The notes beneath the pieces are model-generated. The model saw only the letters and a program-made list of their open reading frames with translations. It had not been told where the DNA came from and did not search any database. The position numbers and the translations under genes were made by a program. Below are positions 38,125 through 50,800 of a stretch of DNA of 55,535 nucleotides, in pieces. The stretch covers positions 1-55,535 of the forward strand of contig JAUCBJ010007020.1 in assembly GCA_032718475.1 (NCBI GenBank). Reading direction: 5' to 3'. The first letter of the stretch is position 1. The number at the start of each line of letters is the position of its first letter. This DNA comes from Nemertoderma westbladi (Eukaryota; Animalia; Xenacoelomorpha).

Positions 38125-39284
38125 TGTAAAGGCTTTTGCGGAATTAGCTGGTTATTTTCCCCGCAAAGTACTCTGTAGTTGTTTTAACGGACATAAAAAG
38201 CCGTTTCCTTACTGTACCAGTGTTTTAGTGGACATAAAAAGCCATTTCTTCTGTATGTGTACTTTAGCGGACATAACTAGCGATTTTATGTCGCAATAAG
38301 CCAAATACTCTAAACATCGGAACTCAGATGACGACATCTATCAGCTGTGTCCACGTGTAACTTTTTCTTTGTTCTTTGTTCGTTCTTTGTTCGGTCGACC
38401 AATCAGAGCGGTTTTCACTCTGTGTTGGAGATTGTATACAGAAACTCACGCAATTCAGTCAGTGTGTGTATTTTTCCTGATGCCAGAAGACCGGCTTTGG
38501 AATTTCTGTGTTTCAGGCTTTAGCCAAACATTAGTAGGCTTGATCATAGAAACGTATAACTGTTATCTAATCCTATCAATGCAAATCATATTGTCAACTA
38601 CAAACACCGCATTTTTACTGCTATTGACTGTCGGTTATTAATTATATCAGTTGATGGAATATTATTATATTTGGATAATATCGATAAATATTCATAAAAC
38701 CCCCAATCTTCTTGATATACTGAAGGTAAGAGACAGGTTACATATAGCAATTGCGACTTACATTATATTGGTTTTGGAGTGAATCTAATGCTATTTCATA
38801 GGCACTACATGTGTCGGTTGCTGTTCTCTTTATATGTGACTAAAATTGGTGAAGGTCGGCAGATCGGTGTGCAGCATTGTCCGGTAGTGTGCATGATTGT
38901 GACAGATAACAAAGCATCTCCTAAAGAATGCGCTTTATACGTGAATCAATAGCCATCCCGTTGTGTCTAGTGTAAGTCATAACTCTGTTTACATATTTAG
39001 AGCGCCACGTCCTAAAGGAACTGTTAATATTTCCCGAAAGTGAATAATATTTGTCAGAGATTATATTAACGATCAGTCGAATAATACAGTAGGCCTACAC
39101 CGCAATAAGGTCAGAGCTTCCGAATCCAGTCTCCCGGGTATATCCAGCGGGTGAATGGTCGCGCATAGACTGGCTTCGGCTAATGTAGTGTATCCAATAC
39201 TCGTCATAGGCTAAAGTCGATTTATAATCTAGAAGACACCTAAATTTGGCAGGTTAAACTGCTAAAGGTCTGAAAGCGCGAACA
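38125..39284 (+). repeat. 3' LTR (1160 bp)
   Basis: Near-identical to 23308-24458, preceded by PPT-like ctgggagcgg and followed by TSD TATGG. Confidence 0.97.
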
Positions 39285-39563
39285 TATGGTTGTGTTAAAT
39301 AATGTTGGACACGTTCAACTGAATTAATAGGCCTAAATAGTCAATGGAGTCAAACTACTCAAACTACCAGTTAACAAACTGGAGTACAGTACCAGCGTAG
39401 CAATCTTGTATAAGTGCCCATCCATGTCGTAGCCCAGGGTGGACACTCATATATGAGTACAGTACTCATATGTTCTACTGATGCTCTTAATAATAATATA
39501 AACTTGAGATTGAGTTTTATTCTACGGGACAATCCTGGACAGACTATTCTATGCGTCCCATGC

Positions 39564-42299
39564 TATGAAGCGCCGTTTACGCCAAAACTATCTGAATAAA
39601 TATTATACTCAAGATGTATCAATAACAAAATATATACTTAAGAAGTATCTAAATTCTCGGCCGAGTTTTTCGCGGCCGAGATTCTCGGCCGAGTTTTTTC
39701 GGCCGAGTTTTCTCGGCCGAGTTTTCTCGGCCGAGTTTTTCTCGGCCGAGTTTTTCTCGGCCGAGTTTTTCTCGGCCGAGTTTTCCTCGGCCGAGTTTTC
39801 TCGGCCGAGTTTTTCTCGGCCGAGAATTTATAATCTTAAAAGATAAAACGGCGGGAAATTTAAAATGGCATTGTAAGGCGAGACACGTAGTCGGCGTGCC
39901 TTGGCATACGGTTCATATAGGGCGAGGTTTATGTGGGGCGAGCCACGTAAGTCCAGGAGAGCCATAGTTTAGGGGTATAATTACTGCAGTGGACCCGTCT
40001 GTCGTTGTCGTCGTAAATTTGGAACGCTAATAAGTCGGTCAATCTTTGATGAAATGGAATCAAACTTTGAACACATGTAGTCTATCAAACGTTTAGAAAA
40101 TTAACAGAGAGACAGAGTTCTGTAGTTCATCTGTCTGTCGCTAGTGGGCGAATTGACAGAAACGCAATAGTAGCTGTAATTATAGAACTAATCATCATAT
40201 TCATCTGAAATTTGGTAGGAGTGACCTACAGCATTTTTTGCTGAATAAATAAATATTGCTTACAGACAGACTTCTACAGTTCCTCTGTCTGCCGCTAGGG
40301 GTGCCTACGCAAAGGCTCATCAGGACTTACGTCTGTACATGTGCAAAAAATAATGTCTAAAACACAACAATATTTGTGTAAGTTCTATTTTGTAGTAGGA
40401 ATGTTTGTAAAGGCTTTTGCGGAATTAGCTGGTTATTTTCCCCGCAAAGTACTCTGTAGTTGTTTTAACGGACATAAAAAGCCGTTTCCTTACTGTACCG
40501 GTGTTTTAGTGGACATAAAAAGCCATTTCTTCTGTATGTGTACTTTAGCGGACATAACTAGCGATTTTATGTCGCAATAAGCCAAATACTCTAAACATCG
40601 GAACTCAGATGACGACATCTATCAGCTGGGTCCACGTGTAACTTTTTCTTTGTTCTTTGTTCGTTCTTTGTTCGGTCGACCAATCAGAGCGGTTTTCACT
40701 CTGTGTTGGACATTGTATGCAGAGGCTCACGCAATTCAGTCAGTGTGTGTATTTTTTCCTGATGCCAGAACACCGGCTTTGGAATTTCTGTGTTTCAGGC
40801 TTTAGCCAAACATTAGTAGGCTTTGGTCATAGAAACGTATAACTGTTATCAAACCAAACCATATTGTTACAAATCATATTGTCACCTACAAACACCGCAT
40901 TTTTACTGCTATTTACTGTCGGTTATTAATTATATCAGTTGATGGAATATTGTTATATTTGGATAATATCGATAAATAATCAGAAACCCCAATCTTCTTG
41001 ATATACTGAAGGTTAGAGAGACCGGTTACATATAACAATTGCGACTTACATTAAAGTGGTTTTGGAGTGAATCTAATGCTATTTCATAGGCACTACATGT
41101 GTCGGTTGCTGTTCTCTTTATATGTGACTAAAATTAGTGAAGGTCGGCAGATCGGTGTGCAGCATTGTGCAGTAGTGTGCATGATTGTGACAGATAACAA
41201 AGCATCTCCTAAAGAATGCGCTTTATACGTGAATCAATAGCCATCCCGTTGTGTCTAGTTTAAGTCATAACTCTGTTTACATATTTAGAGCGCCACGTCC
41301 TAAAGGAACTGTTAATATTTCCCGAAAGTGAATAATATTTGTCAGAGATTAGGCTATATATCAACGATCAGTCGAATAATACAGTAGGCCTACACCGCAA
41401 TAAGGTCAGAGCTTCCGAATCCAGTCTCCCGGGTATATCCAGCGGGTGAATGGTCGCGCATAGACTGGCTTCGGCTAATGTAGTGTATCAAATACTCGTC
41501 ATAGGCTAAAGTCGATTTATAACCTAGAAGACACCTAAATTTGGCAGGTTAAACTGCTAAAGGTCTGAAAGCGCGAACAATGTTAATATACTGTAGTAGT
41601 TACATTGGGTATTTTGGCTTTAGCTGGGTGATATACAGTTATTTACGTTCTAGAATTTTGTATTAGGAGTGTTAATATAGTTACATTGGGTATTTTGGCT
41701 TTAGCTGGGTGATATACAGTTATATCACCCTATTGTTTAGCCAATCAGATTTGAGAATAAGCGAGAATACATGATAAACAACAGTAAAGTAATATATAGG
41801 AAAGTACTACAGTAGTTAAGCTAGGTAAGGTGACATTTAATGTGGAAAATGCACCTAACCCAAGAACAAAGCCAATAATTCCCAATAAACCCCAATAATA
41901 TAATTTATAATCTTACAGTCTTAAAAGTTGTAACAGCGGGAAATTTAAAATGTTATTTTTCTTTCCCTTTGTAGTTAGTGTAATGTGTTAGTGCCATTTT
42001 AAATTTCCCGCCGTTTCATAATTTAATACTTTCTCGGCCGAGAATTTCGCAAACTTCGGGTATCTCGGCCGAGAAAACTTGGCCGAGAAATTCTAGGCCG
42101 AGAAAAACTCGGCCGAGAATTTCTCGGCCGATAATCTCGGCCGAGAAAACTCGGCTGAGATAACTCGGACGAGAAAACTCTGCCGAGAAAAACTCGGCCG
42201 AGAATTTAGATACATCTTAAGTATAATATTTTTTATTGACACATCTTGAGTATAATACTGTATTTATTCAGATAGTTTTGGCGTAAACGGCGCTTCATA
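39564..42299. mobile_element. Non-autonomous DNA transposon with about 300-bp TIRs and a 6-bp TSD (IS3EU-like)
   Basis: TATGAAGCGCCGTTTACGCCAAAACTATCTGAATAAA ... TTTATTCAGATAGTTTTGGCGTAAACGGCGCTTCATA, with TSD CCATGC (39558-63 / 42300-05). Arrays of palindromic CTCGGCCGAG lie in both TIRs. TAY..RTA ends with a 6-bp TSD match IS3EU. Confidence 0.75.
40406..41579 (+). mobile_element. Solo LTR of the same BEL/Pao family
   Basis: TGTAAAGGC...GCGCGAACA with its own 5-bp TSD ATGTT (40401-05 / 41580-84). Slightly more diverged than the paired LTRs. Confidence 0.95.
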
Positions 42300-43964
42300 C
42301 CATGCCTTCCCCTTACGAATCCTGACTTTCTGATCCATGATACCAAGTAGCAGACGTCATGCACATTCTCAAGCAAGCCATCGCTGGAGCTTATGCCCTT
42401 ACGATCGGACATTTCGTGTGTCAAGGTTCACTGTCAAAATTTTGGTCTTGCTTGGAGTTTACAAAAACTAGAAGTAGCATGCACAAATGAGCAGAGTAGA
42501 TAGATTCTGACAGCACCAATAAGTCAGCGGCAAGGTCTAGATCGGCAAGGTACTTTGATGGATTCCCTATACAGTATACTTCTTGTGTCTTGTGCGGAGA
42601 ACATTATCAACTAGGGCCTACAATTATGACTAAGAATGGTGCAAGTGTGTCACCCTGAAGGACTCCCCATAAAGCTTCGAATGCATCAGCAGTAGATACA
42701 TATGTGGTGGAACCGTGATTTCCTCAGGAATCACATTGCTGCAAGTACAGTACCAACGTCAATATAACGTCTCCTGGATCCCTAATAATCAATATGGATC
42801 CATAATAATCCAGGTTCCAGGTCAAAAGAAGCCCATTATCCTACTACATGTACCTCTACCTGTGGCAGAGTTACTTCAACGTCTTGTATGACTCTACTCT
42901 CTACTGCCAATCATTTCATACTTGGGCACAGAATCAAAGCCAAGGCCATTGACATAGTCAGCACATTGGCTCTCATTGCATTTGCTTGTAATTGTATAAG
43001 CTTCCCTCCTGACCCTGCCTCTAATTAAATTGATACTTGTTAAAAAAAAGTATTTATTTAATAAAATATATTTTTATTCATAATTGAATTTTACAAAACT
43101 GTGTGCACATAAATATATTGATGTAACTTAGAAATAGTAAGCAAGCTACTAATGTAGGCCTAGGCCTACTTAATGTGCGCACACGGCACACCCAAAAATA
43201 TCTTCTTAAAAAAAATTTACGTAATTTAATAATTATGGAAGGTAAACTTTATTGAAAACCGAATAATTTATATTTTATAAATAATTTTATAAATTTTATT
43301 AATAGTTTTTAAACCAGCTTAACGTATTATAATCATATTTTTTCAATATTCTAAATCAAATAGGGTAATTTATGCTTATTTTTAATATCTGTTCGTTCAT
43401 TTTTAATTAATGGAGGGTTTTAATCTCCCCCCGACAAACCACACCCTTTTGCTCACAGGTCGTTTCATGTAATATAAAAGACATCAATAAACGACATTGT
43501 TACCAATTGAGGGAAAGGAACAGGTTACAGAGGCAGGTTTTTCTATCGTCAGACATTTGTAATGGCAGTGATTTTTTATGTCCTTTTATTTGACCTTTTT
43601 TTGTCCTTCTTTTTTACGAATTGTGCACAATGACTTTTGTTGTCCCTTTAATGACTTTTGTTGTCCTTTTAATGACTTTTAATGTATGTATTTCTTCAAA
43701 CTGTCAGACTGCTGATTTCTGGACTGTCAGACAGTTGATTTCAACATGCCTATGCCAAAACATTCAAAATTTGTTGATTTCTGGTCTGTCGGACAGTTGG
43801 TTTCACTATGCCTGTGCCAAAACATTCAAAATTCCATGATTTATCGACTATGGGATATATTTCCATATGCGCCTGTGGTAAGAGACTCTAAATGTAATAG
43901 TTTGTGGTTGTTGTCGATAATTGATTACCACATGACGTAGCAAAACACTAATTTTATAGCCAAA

Positions 43965-44330
43965 AACAATTACCAATTGATGGAATGGAGCAGGTTAGAG
44001 AGACCGGATTTTCTAACCAAACAATAAACAGTCACTTTACCAAATGAAGGAAAAGGAGCAGGTTACATAGATGGTCTTTTCTAATCAAAACAATAAACGA
44101 TAACATTACCAATTGAGGGAAAGGAGCAGGTTAAAGAGGCGGGCTTTTCTAACCAAAACAATAAACAATCACTTTACCAAATGAAGGAAAGGAGCAGGTT
44201 ACATAGATGGTCTTTTCTAACCAAAACAATAAACGATGACATTACCAATTGAGGGGAAGGAGCAGGTTAAAGGGGCGGGCTTTTCTAACCAAAACAATAA
44301 ACGATCACTTTACCAAATCAGGGAAAGGAT
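43965..44330 (+). repeat. About 61-bp tandem repeat (aaaggagcaggttacagaggc..ttttctaaccaaaacaataaacgatcactttaccaattgaggg)
   Basis: About six copies here. Related copies lie at 16505-16740 and 43490-43550, with single motifs at 13190-13270, 19690-19780 and 45680-45860. Confidence 0.85.
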
Positions 44331-44996
44331 TTAGCAGATGAAAATGATCTAACACTAACAATACTGTAATACCAGAATACAGCAACACTGGTACTACTGG
44401 CTGACCAGTAAAACAAGGATATCCGATGGATACGATAGACACTAAGAAACAATTTGTAGTAGCAAGTCTGCTTTACTCACAGCTTGTAGATCTATGGTGC
44501 GTCCCTTATTTCCCTTATTAGAATATTGTACAGCATCCTGGTCAGGTCACCGTCTACCAAAGGTAATGTTAAACTCATTGAACGGCGGGCAGGCGGGGTC
44601 CAGCATTAGCATTACTTAAGGCGTTTATTTTACCGCTGTAACACAGAGCTATAGCGAACGATTAACCATGTTAAACTTGCAGCCGAAGATATTCCATCTT
44701 AAAAATACTGTGCCGTATCAGACACGATCTTGTCGAGCTTGAAAGAGACAAATTCTTCTCGTTAGCGCCGCGGCCCGGTCTCCGTGGCTATGACCGCCAG
44801 AAACTACGTTCAGTACTTCCACGCAGTCGGCTGCAGGTTTGCTAGTTTTGCAAGATAAAGAAATTAATATTTATATTTTATTATTGCCCTAGGACAGGAC
44901 AATTTACGCTAGCGGATTTTAATTTAACAATTTATGCTAGTGGGGGGGGGGGGGGGGGGGGGGGGGAATCTTCAGGGGGGAAAATATGCTGTGACT

Positions 44997-45290
44997 AAAA
45001 AGGTAAATTTTCTTCGGCCGCTAGGCCAGGGATTACGCACAAAGTCTGGCGACTTATTTCCAGTGCGGTCCCCCCAGAACTTTACTCCGCAGAGGAAACT
45101 CCAGTCAGCCAGTCAGCCAGTACTTATTTAGCTACCACTTAAGGATGCAAGGCAGAGATGCGGCCTGGCTGGTCCCTTTAAAGCATTCGTGGCGAAACGA
45201 AAACTGCCCTGGCCCATGTGAGGATCGAACCCACGACCTACGGGAGATGTGATTTCAATGCAACCAGTACACTAACTGACTAAGGTGGAA
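44997..45290 (-). mobile_element. tRNA-derived SINE
   Basis: Minus strand shows a degenerate tRNA head with B-box ggtcgtGGGTTCGATCCtcacatgggcca (45210-45238), a central ctctgccttgcatccttaagtggtagctaaataagtac resembling a conserved SINE central domain, and a LINE-like 3' tail ggggaccgcactggaaataagtcgccagactttgtgcgtaatcc. Confidence 0.55.
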
Positions 45291-45521
45291 CCTTATGTGA
45301 CACTATGTGACACCGGTACATAGTTACGATGTAGGCCATTGTTAAGATAAAATATAAGTTCATATAGGCATAGGCCTAAATACAGTAATACAGTAATATA
45401 TAATTCAGTAATTACCAGATTACCGCACCGGTTCCTACCACCTACCGCTGTACCGGTATTTAATATGTAGGCTAATTCCGATCTGGTCTGAATTATTTTT
45501 CCATACTAGTTGAAATTCTTC

Positions 45522-46084
45522 GGATACATGACCGAACGTAATCAGGATCGAATGTAACATAGTTATTTCGTATCGAACGTAACCTCAATTATGTTACATT
45601 GGATCCTATAACTATGTCATATGTTACATTCGATCTACAAATTACTAAGCTCGAATGTAACATTGCCATTTACAGATTTAAAGGAGCAGGTTACAGAGGC
45701 GTGTTGGGGGAACCAAAACAATAAACAAAAGTTAGCAGATGTTACAAGATTATGCAGGTTACTTTTATTTAAATGCTGAAAGGAGCAGGTTACAGAGGCG
45801 TGTTGGGGGAACCAAAACAATAAACGAAAGTTAACACATGTTACAAGATAATGCAGGTTACTTAATTGGGTCTTTGTTTTGTACTCACCAACACCAAACT
45901 GTTTCTTCCTGTAAATAAACGAAGCATTTCATCGGTTAATTCCTGAAATCAAAACACAACTGAAATAAATGTATGTTACATTCGAGCTTAGTAATTTGTA
46001 GATCGAATGTAACATAGTTGAGGTTACGTTCAATTCGTAAAAACTATGTTACGTTCGATCCTGATTACGTTCGGTCTGTCACCC
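45522..46084. mobile_element. MULE/MuDR-like MITE with a 9-bp TSD, 84 bp upstream of the NDUFS7 ATG
   Basis: Inverted termini GGATACATGACCGAACGTAATCAGGATCGAA ... TTCGATCCTGATTACGTTCGGTCTGTCACCC, with TSD AAATTCTTC (45513-21 / 46085-93). Confidence 0.8.
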
Positions 46085-46168
46085 AAATTCTTCGACTATT
46101 TCGGACATATTGAGATGAAGTTACAAACTCTGTAACGCAACGCAACGCATTGCAGCATTGTATTTGTA

Positions 46169-46588
46169 ATGGCTTCTTTAATTAAACATTGTGGCGGTTT
46201 ACGGGGCGCAACCCGTAGTATTTTACCACGTAATAAACTGGGATTCCAGAACCCATTAGGCCTAATCGATTCGAGATGCGCGAGTTTTCTACCCAAGACG
46301 AACCCGTCCTCGGTACAGGTATCGAAACCGAAACAGCTCGGTACTCTAGACTCCACCGCTGAGTTCGCCATCGCCCGGGTGGACGATCTAATGAACTGGG
46401 CGCGGTCCAACTCTCTATGGCCGCTCACTTTCGGGCTGGCTTGCTGCGCCGTAGAAATGATGCACATGGCGGCCCCTCGCTACGATATGGATCGCTTCGG
46501 GATCGTGTTCCGCGCGACTCCCAGACAGGCTGACTGCATCATCGTAGCCGGAACTCTCACAAACAAAATGGCTCCGGCGTTGCGTAAG
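46169..46588 (+). CDS. NDUFS7: NADH dehydrogenase [ubiquinone] Fe-S protein 7 (PSST/NuoB), first coding exon (140 codons); remainder lies beyond the window
   Basis: Mitochondrial-presequence-like N-terminus, then [72 protein letters not shown], ending at an AAG|GTAAGT donor at 46589. The expected VYDQM... exon is not in the window. Confidence 0.95.
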
Positions 46589-47039
46589 GTAAGTTCGGGT
46601 ATTGTAGCATGTAGTACAGCCTACAGCGTACACGATCGGAGATGATAAAGATTGAGTTCAAAAACAGATATTTATATAAATCTCTCGATATATTTATATG
46701 TCAGTATGTGTGTATATGCATTGTATTATGCAGTTTATCAGTTTTTAAATCAATAGTACAGTACTGTATTCCGGCAATTGGTTCTGGCTAGTTTACGGTT
46801 TAAATAATTAAATTCCGGTTGTAAATAATGTTGAATAATGTCAGTTTAATTACCCATCTGGTTATGCGTTTCGTAAAACTCTCTAGACACCATAGGTTAT
46901 ATAATTATACTGTAGGGAGGCGTACTACTGTACTAAATATATGAATTTACAAGGATGTGCTAATCTTCAATACATTCCTTTTTTAATATCCAATAATTAT
47001 CTCTTACAGTCTTAAACACTATAAACACCCCCTAGAAAC

Positions 47040-47590
47040 CAGATCCATTACCCAACCCCCCACGCCACTTACACACCGATTGATTATTTACCCCCCACTG
47101 CCCCCCCCCCCCCTCCTTCTCCCATTAACGGATCATCTTACACACCCATTATTTTCCCCGACTGCACCCATTAACTTATCCACTTACACACCCATTATTT
47201 ACCCCGACTGCCCCCCCCCCCCCTCCCCCCTCCCTCCCCCCATTAACTGATCCACTTACACAACACACCCATTATTTAACTCCAACTGCCCCCCTCCCCC
47301 CATTAACTGATCCACTTACACACCCATTATTTAACCCCAACTGCCCCCCTCCCCCCATTAACTGATCCACTTACACACCCATTATTTAACCCCAATTGCC
47401 CCCCTCCCCCCATTAACTGATCCTCTTACACACCCATTATTTAACTCCAACTGCCCCCTCCCCCCATTAACTGATCCACTTACACACCCATTATTTAACC
47501 CCAACTGCCCCCCTCCCCCCATTAACTGATCCACTTACACACCCATGATTTACCCCCACTGCCCTTCCTCACCCAATTAACTGATACACC
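47040..47590. repeat. About 61-bp C-rich tandem repeat (ttaactgatccacttacacacccattatttaaccccaactgcccccctccccca) in the NDUFS7 intron
   Basis: About eight copies visible. Confidence 0.9.
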
Positions 47591-47805
47591 AAAGAAATTT
47601 TCTTAAGCGGATCAGAGCCCGTTTGGGTCATCAGTATTTTCCGAACTGGTGTGCATCGATAATACTTCGTAAAAGGGTGAATTATATATCAGTGATCGGT
47701 TTTCAAGGCGGTCGTACCTGGAAATTCTTTCAGATCATTTAAAGCTAAGGATTGCTCTCTCCCGTTTTCTAACTTCTTCACATCACTTAAATATTGAAAG
47801 AGGAC

Positions 47806-50800
47806 GGTGGTCTAACACTATTGAGAGGTGAAGGTGGTCTAACACTATTGAGAGAGGAAGGTGGTCTAACACTATTGAGAGGTGAAGGTGGTCTAACACT
47901 ATTGAGAGATGAAGGTGGTCTAACACTATTGAGAGATGAAGGTGGTCTAACACTATTGAGAGGTGAAGGTGGTCTAACCCTATTGAGAGATGAAGGTGGT
48001 CTAACACTATTGAGAGATGAAGGTGGTCTAACACTATTGAGAGATGAAGGTGGTCTAACACTATTGAGAGATGAAGGTGGTCTAACACTATTGAGAGGTG
48101 AAGGTGGTCTAACACTATTGAGAGAGGAAGGTGGTCTAACCCTATTGAGAGATGAAGGTGGTCTAACACTATTGAGAGATGAAGGTGGTCTAACACTATT
48201 GAGAGATGAAGGTGGTCTAACACTATTGAGAGATGAAGGTGGTCTAACACTATTGAGAGATGAAGGTGGTCTAACACTATTGAGAGGTGAAGGTGGTCTA
48301 ACACTATTGAGAGATGAAGGTGGTCTAACACTATTGAGAGATGAAGGTGGTCTAACACTATTGAGAGATGAAGGTGGTCTAACACTATTGAGAGATGAAG
48401 GTGGTCTAACACTATTGAGAGATGAAGGTGGTCTAACACTATTGAGAGAGGAAGGTGGTCTAACACTATTGAGAGATGAAGGTGGTCTAACACTATTGAG
48501 AGGTGAAGGTGGTCTAACACTATTGAGAGGTGAAGGTGGTCTAACACTATTGAGAGATGAAGGTGGTCTAACACTATTGAGAGATGAAGGTGGTCTAACA
48601 CTATTGAGAGGTGAAGGTGGTTTAACCCTATTGAGAGATGAAGGTGGTCTAACACTATTGAGAGGTGAAAGTGGTCTAACACTATTGCGAGATGAAGGTG
48701 GTCTAACACTATTGAGAGATGAAGGTGGTCTAACACTATTGAGAGATGAAGGTGGTCTAACACTATTGAGAGAGGAAGGTGGTCTAACACTATTGAGAGG
48801 TGAAGGTGGTCTAACACTATTGCGAGATGAAGGTGGTCTAACACTATTGAGAGGTGAAGGTGGTCTAACACTATTGAGAGGTGAAGGTGGTTTAACCCTA
48901 TTGAGAGATGAAGGTGGTCTAACACTATTGAGAGATGAAGGTGGTCTAACACTATTGAGAGATGAAGGTGGTCTAACACTATTGAGAGAGGAAGGTGGTC
49001 TAACACTATTGAGAGGTGAAGGTGGTCTAACCCTATTGAGAGATGAAGGTGGTCTAACACTATTGAGAGATGAAGGTGGTCTAACACTATTGAGAGGTGA
49101 AGGTGGTTTAACCCTATTGAGAGATGAAGGTGGTCTAACACTATTGAGAGATGAAGGTGGTCTAACACTATTGAGAGATGAAGGTGGTCTAACACTATTG
49201 AGAGAGGAAGGTGGTCTAACACTATTGAGAGGTGAAGGTGGTCTAACCCTATTGAGAGGTGAAGGTGGTCTAACACTATTGAGAGGTGAAGGTGGTCTAA
49301 CCCTATTGAGAGGTGAAGGTGGTCTAACACTATTGAGAGATGAAGGTGGTCTAACACTATTGAGAGGTGAAGGTGGTCTAACACTATTGAGAGATGAAGG
49401 TGGTCTAACACTATTGAGAGATGAAGGTGGTCTAACACTATTGAGAGATGAAGGTGGTCTAACACTATTGAGAGGTGAAGGTGGTCTAACCCTATTGAGA
49501 GATGAAGGTGGTCTAACCCTATTGAGAGATGAAGGTGGTCTAACACTATTGAGAGATGAAGGTGGTCTAACACTATTGAGAGATGAAGGTGGTCTAACAC
49601 TATTGAGAGGTGAAGGTGGTCTAACCCTATTGAGAGATGAAGGTGGTCTAACCCTATTGAGAGATGAAGGTGGTCTAACCCTATTGAGAGATGAAGGTGG
49701 TCTAACACTATTGAGAGATGAAGGTGGTCTAACACTATTGAGAGATGAAGGTGGTCTAACACTATTGAGAGATGAAGGTGGTCTAACACTATTGAGAGAT
49801 GAAGGTGGTCTAACACTATTGAGAGATGAAGGTGGTCTAACACTATTGAGAGGTGAAGGTGGTCTAACACTATTGAGAGATGAAGGTGGTCTAACACTAT
49901 TGAGAGAGGAAGGTGGTCTAACACTATTGAGAGATGAAGGTGGTCTAACACTATTGAGAGATGAAGGTGGTCTAACACTATTGAGAGGTGAAGGTGGTCT
50001 AACCCTATTGAGAGATGAAGGTGGTCTAACACTATTGAGAGATGAAGGTGGTCTAACACTATTGAGAGATTAAGGTGGTCTAACACTATTGAGAGAGGAA
50101 GGTGGTCTAACACTATTGAGAGAGGAAGGTGGTCTAACACTATTGAGAGGTGAAGGTGGTCTAACACTATTGAGAGATGAAGGTGGTCTAACACTATTGA
50201 GAGATGTAGGTGGTCTAACACTATTGAGAGATGAAGGTGGTCTAACACTATTGAGATGTGAAGGTGGTCTAACACTATTGAGAGATGAAGGTGGTCTAAC
50301 ACTATTGAGAGATGAAGGTGGTCTAACACTATTGAGAGATGAAGGTGGTCTAACACTATTGAGAGAGGAAGGTGGTCTAACACTATTGAGAGAGGAAGGT
50401 GGTCTAACACTATTGAGAGGTGAAGGTGGTCTAACACTATTGAGAGATGAAGGTGGTCTAACACTATTGAGAGATGAAGGTGGTCTAACACTATTGAGAG
50501 GTGAAGGTGGTCTAACACTATTGAGAGATGAAGGTGGTCTAACACTATTGAGAGATGAAGGTGGTCTAACACTATTGAGAGATGAAGGTGGTCTAACACT
50601 ATTGAGATGTGAAGGTGGTCTAACACTATTGAGAGATGAAGGTGGTCTAACACTATTGAGAGATGAAGGTGGTCTAACACTATTGAGAGAGGAAGGTGGT
50701 CTAACACTATTGAGAGAGGAAGGTGGTCTAACACTATTGAGAGAGGAAGGTGGTCTAACACTATTGAGAGATGAAGGTGGTCTAACACTATTGAGAGGTG

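Larger units (their letters stand above)
23308..39284 (+). mobile_element. Full-length BEL/Pao LTR retrotransposon (15,977 bp)
   Basis: Paired TGT...ACA LTRs, 5-bp TSD TATGG (23303-07 / 39285-89), purine-rich tract gggagcgg before the 3' LTR, and gag-PR-RT-RH-IN order with BEL motifs. Confidence 0.97.
39420..43010 (-). pseudogene. Decayed RTE-like LINE reverse transcriptase, split by the IS3EU-like insertion (pieces about 42300-43010 and 39420-39563)
   Basis: Minus-strand remnants in order: GFDSVPK (about 42930), GVLQGDTLAPFLVII (about 42640), LADLDLAADLLVLSES (about 42530), CYLVSWI (about 42340). Across the insertion it continues AWDA*NSLSRI..RASVE..STVLIYECPPW. Confidence 0.7.

Noticed and set aside
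45210-45290. Functional tRNA gene
   Set aside because: Only the T-arm/B-box side is tRNA-like. The D and anticodon arms do not form a cloverleaf, and the sequence continues into a SINE-like body.
46589-46645. ORF-track extension of NDUFS7 ([18 protein letters not shown])
   Set aside because: Read-through into the intron after the AAG|GTAAGT donor. Homology ends at APALRK.
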